Source: Naegleria gruberi
Lineage: Eukaryota
Strand: one strand, 5' to 3'
NCBI GenBank assembly: GCA_000004985.1
Contig: GG739613.1
Length of the DNA stretch: 1,019 nt
The position numbers and the translations under genes are program-made. Of this stretch, positions 1-1,019 are shown one piece after another. Position 1 is the stretch's first letter, and the number at the start of each line of letters is the position of its first letter. Under the pieces are notes generated by a model that saw only the letters and a list, made by a program, of their open reading frames with translations, did no database searches and had not been told where the DNA came from.

Positions 1-580
1 ATATCAGTTCCACAACTCCAGTGTGTGAATTAATTTTTTCCATAATTTGTTTTTCTCCTATTTCTTCATCGTTTAAGTTGTTTCTATTAAATTTTACCTT
101 CTCGGCCACTTCAATACCATTTAACCAAGCTTTGTACACCCCAAAGCCAAGTACTTCGTCTGTACGAGTTATTGTTGGAACTGTTTCAAAAGTTTTGATT
201 TTTCTTGGTATTAATTGAATATTAGGTAAAGTATGAGCAACCAGTTCAGATGTTGTGTAGATAATGTATTTATCTTCAGGGGAAAATTGAGGTAATTCTA
301 CAAATAATTCCAATAATTGTTCGTGAATAGCTTTTATGGGAGGCCTTTCCTTTGGATCTTGATTAATGCAACGAACACAAATTTCAAACAACTTTTTCGA
401 CATGTCAGAAGTTAAACAGGGGAAATTATGTTGAAGTGTTTCTTCTAACTGGGATACATTGGATTGCAAAGATTTAATAAAATCATGGCCACAAAGAAGT
501 TCAATCATTGTTACACCAAAGCTGTAAACATCAATCTTCGATATTTCAGAATACCCTAAATCATATTTAACTTCTGGGGG
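1..580 (-). CDS. Partial exon continuing the kinase gene. It covers the end of kinase domain 1 (subdomains VIII to XI), a linker, and the start of a second kinase-like N-lobe. The gene continues beyond the left edge of the window.
   Basis: The same frame is open for 193 codons with no stop (PPEVKYDLGYSEISKIDVYSFGVTMIELL...CINQDPKERPPIKAIHEQLLELF...TDEVLGFGVYKAWLNGIEVAEKVKFNRNNLNDEEIGEKQIMEKINSHTGVVELI). Subdomain IX is D-V-Y-S-F-G-V and subdomain XI is DPKERP at plus 341..358. Further on there is a Gly-loop-like LGFGVYKA (plus 128..151), a VAEK lysine motif (plus 98..109) and an alphaC/beta4-like EEIGEKQIMEKINSHTGVVELI. Confidence 0.85.
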
Positions 581-616
581 CTAAAATGGATAGTAAAATA
601 AATCAAAATAACTTAC
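581..616 (-). other. Putative 36-nt spliceosomal intron (GT-AG), in phase 0 and a multiple of 3 long, containing an in-frame TAG.
   Basis: On the minus strand it reads gtaagttattttgatttattttactatccattttag, with a canonical GTAAGT donor and a pyrimidine-rich tract ending TTTTAG. It is more AT-rich than the flanking exons. It carries an in-frame stop (TAG at plus 581..583). Removing it joins GTRLYL to PPEV and recreates the kinase subdomain VIII spacing GT-x-x-Y-x-(A/P)PE. Confidence 0.8.
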
Positions 617-1019
617 CAAATACAGTCGAGTACCAAAGTGTGATGAATTACTTATGTCACCTTCAACAATAAAATCAAAGTCACATAGTTTCACGTCATT
701 AAATAAATTCATACCAGCTATCTCTATCGTGTTAACTAAAATATTTGCTGGCTTAATATCACAATGACTAATATTCATTTTGTGCATAAATGTTAAAGTT
801 TCACTAATTTTCACCTGAGTATATAATATTTGCCACAATTTTCCAAAGTGATTTCTCCCAAAATCTGCTATTTGCGAATGGTTAAGAGAATGATCCATCA
901 ACTCCATGAATATGTGGTTTATGCCATCCTCAGATTCATAATGATGTAATATTTCAACTATACCAGGATGTTCACTGATTTTTTTGTAGAGCTCTAAATC
1001 TATGAAAGCAGTGAAAGCT
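617..1019 (-). CDS. Partial exon of a eukaryotic-type Ser/Thr protein kinase gene (kinase subdomains III to VIII); the 5' end of the gene lies beyond the right edge of the window.
   Basis: Minus-strand frame with codons starting at plus 1018 is open for 134 codons (AFTAFIDLELYKKISEHPGIVEILHHYESEDGINHIFMELMDHSLN...HFGTRLYL). It contains the catalytic loop HCDIKPANILV (plus 743..766, HRDLKPxN-type), the Mg-binding motif DFD (plus 674..682, a DFG variant) and the activation loop GTRLY. The upstream subdomain III/IV-like LELYKKISEHPGIVEIL is in the same frame, so the M at 907 in the ORF track is internal and not the start codon. Confidence 0.9.

Noticed and set aside
21-218. Plus-strand 65-aa ORF (MCELIFSIICFSPISS...).
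   Set aside because: It lies entirely antisense to the open kinase reading frame. It has low-complexity hydrophobic or Ser-rich composition and no recognisable motif. It is a typical shadow ORF in an AT-rich coding region.
273-280. The octamer AAAATTGA on the plus strand, identical to the Mimivirus early-promoter core.
   Set aside because: It sits inside the coding sequence of the minus-strand gene, and no plus-strand gene follows it. A single 8-mer match in an AT-rich 1-kb window is plausibly chance.
857-868. An A-D-F-G tetrapeptide (IADFGRNHFGK) that resembles the kinase DFG motif.
   Set aside because: It lies N-terminal to the catalytic loop HCDIKPAN, in the alphaE region. The true Mg-binding motif in the correct position, about 20 residues after the catalytic loop, is DFD at 674..682.
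907-907. ATG at 905..907 (minus strand), given as the ORF start in the six-frame track.
   Set aside because: It is not a start codon. The same frame continues open upstream to the window edge, and that upstream sequence encodes kinase subdomains III/IV, which must precede this Met.
979-985. A run of seven T (seven A on the coding strand, encoding K-K-I).
   Set aside because: It is an ordinary Lys-Lys codon run in an AT-rich gene, and the frame is intact across it. It is noted only as a possible homopolymer sequencing-error hotspot.
1-1019. Possibility of a ciliate-type genetic code (TAA or TAG read as Gln), which would make the 36-nt element coding.
   Set aside because: The exons contain many CAA or CAG Gln codons and no in-frame TAA or TAG in roughly 327 codons. 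The element also has perfect GTAAGT...TTTTAG boundaries, and removing it restores a conserved motif. This cannot be fully excluded without transcript data.

Overview
The window is AT-rich and is taken up almost entirely by one minus-strand gene for a eukaryotic-type Ser/Thr protein kinase. Its reading frame is open from position 1019 to position 1, with no start or stop codon in the window. The only interruption is a 36-nt element at 581..616 that has the hallmarks of a spliceosomal intron. Its boundaries are GTAAGT and TTTTAG, it contains an in-frame TAG, it is more AT-rich than the flanking sequence, and removing it restores the canonical kinase activation-segment motif GT-x-x-Y-x-[AP]PE. 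The first part of the protein (1019 down to about 300) contains kinase subdomains III to XI. The catalytic loop reads HCDIKPAN, the Mg-binding motif is DFD rather than DFG, the activation-loop motif is PPE rather than APE, and subdomains IX (DVYSFGV) and XI (DPKERP) are recognisable. After a linker of about 50 aa, the same frame starts what looks like a second, paralogous kinase N-lobe. It has a Gly-loop-like LGFGVYKA, a VAEK lysine motif and an alphaC/beta4 segment KINSHTGVVELI that closely resembles KISEHPGIVEIL in the first domain. This suggests a tandem-kinase-domain protein. No prokaryotic-style operon, RNA gene, repeat or mobile element is visible. The plus-strand ORF at 21..218 is an antisense shadow of the kinase gene. 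The intron and base composition point to an AT-rich eukaryote, or less likely a giant virus, rather than a bacterium. The exact lineage cannot be decided from this window.
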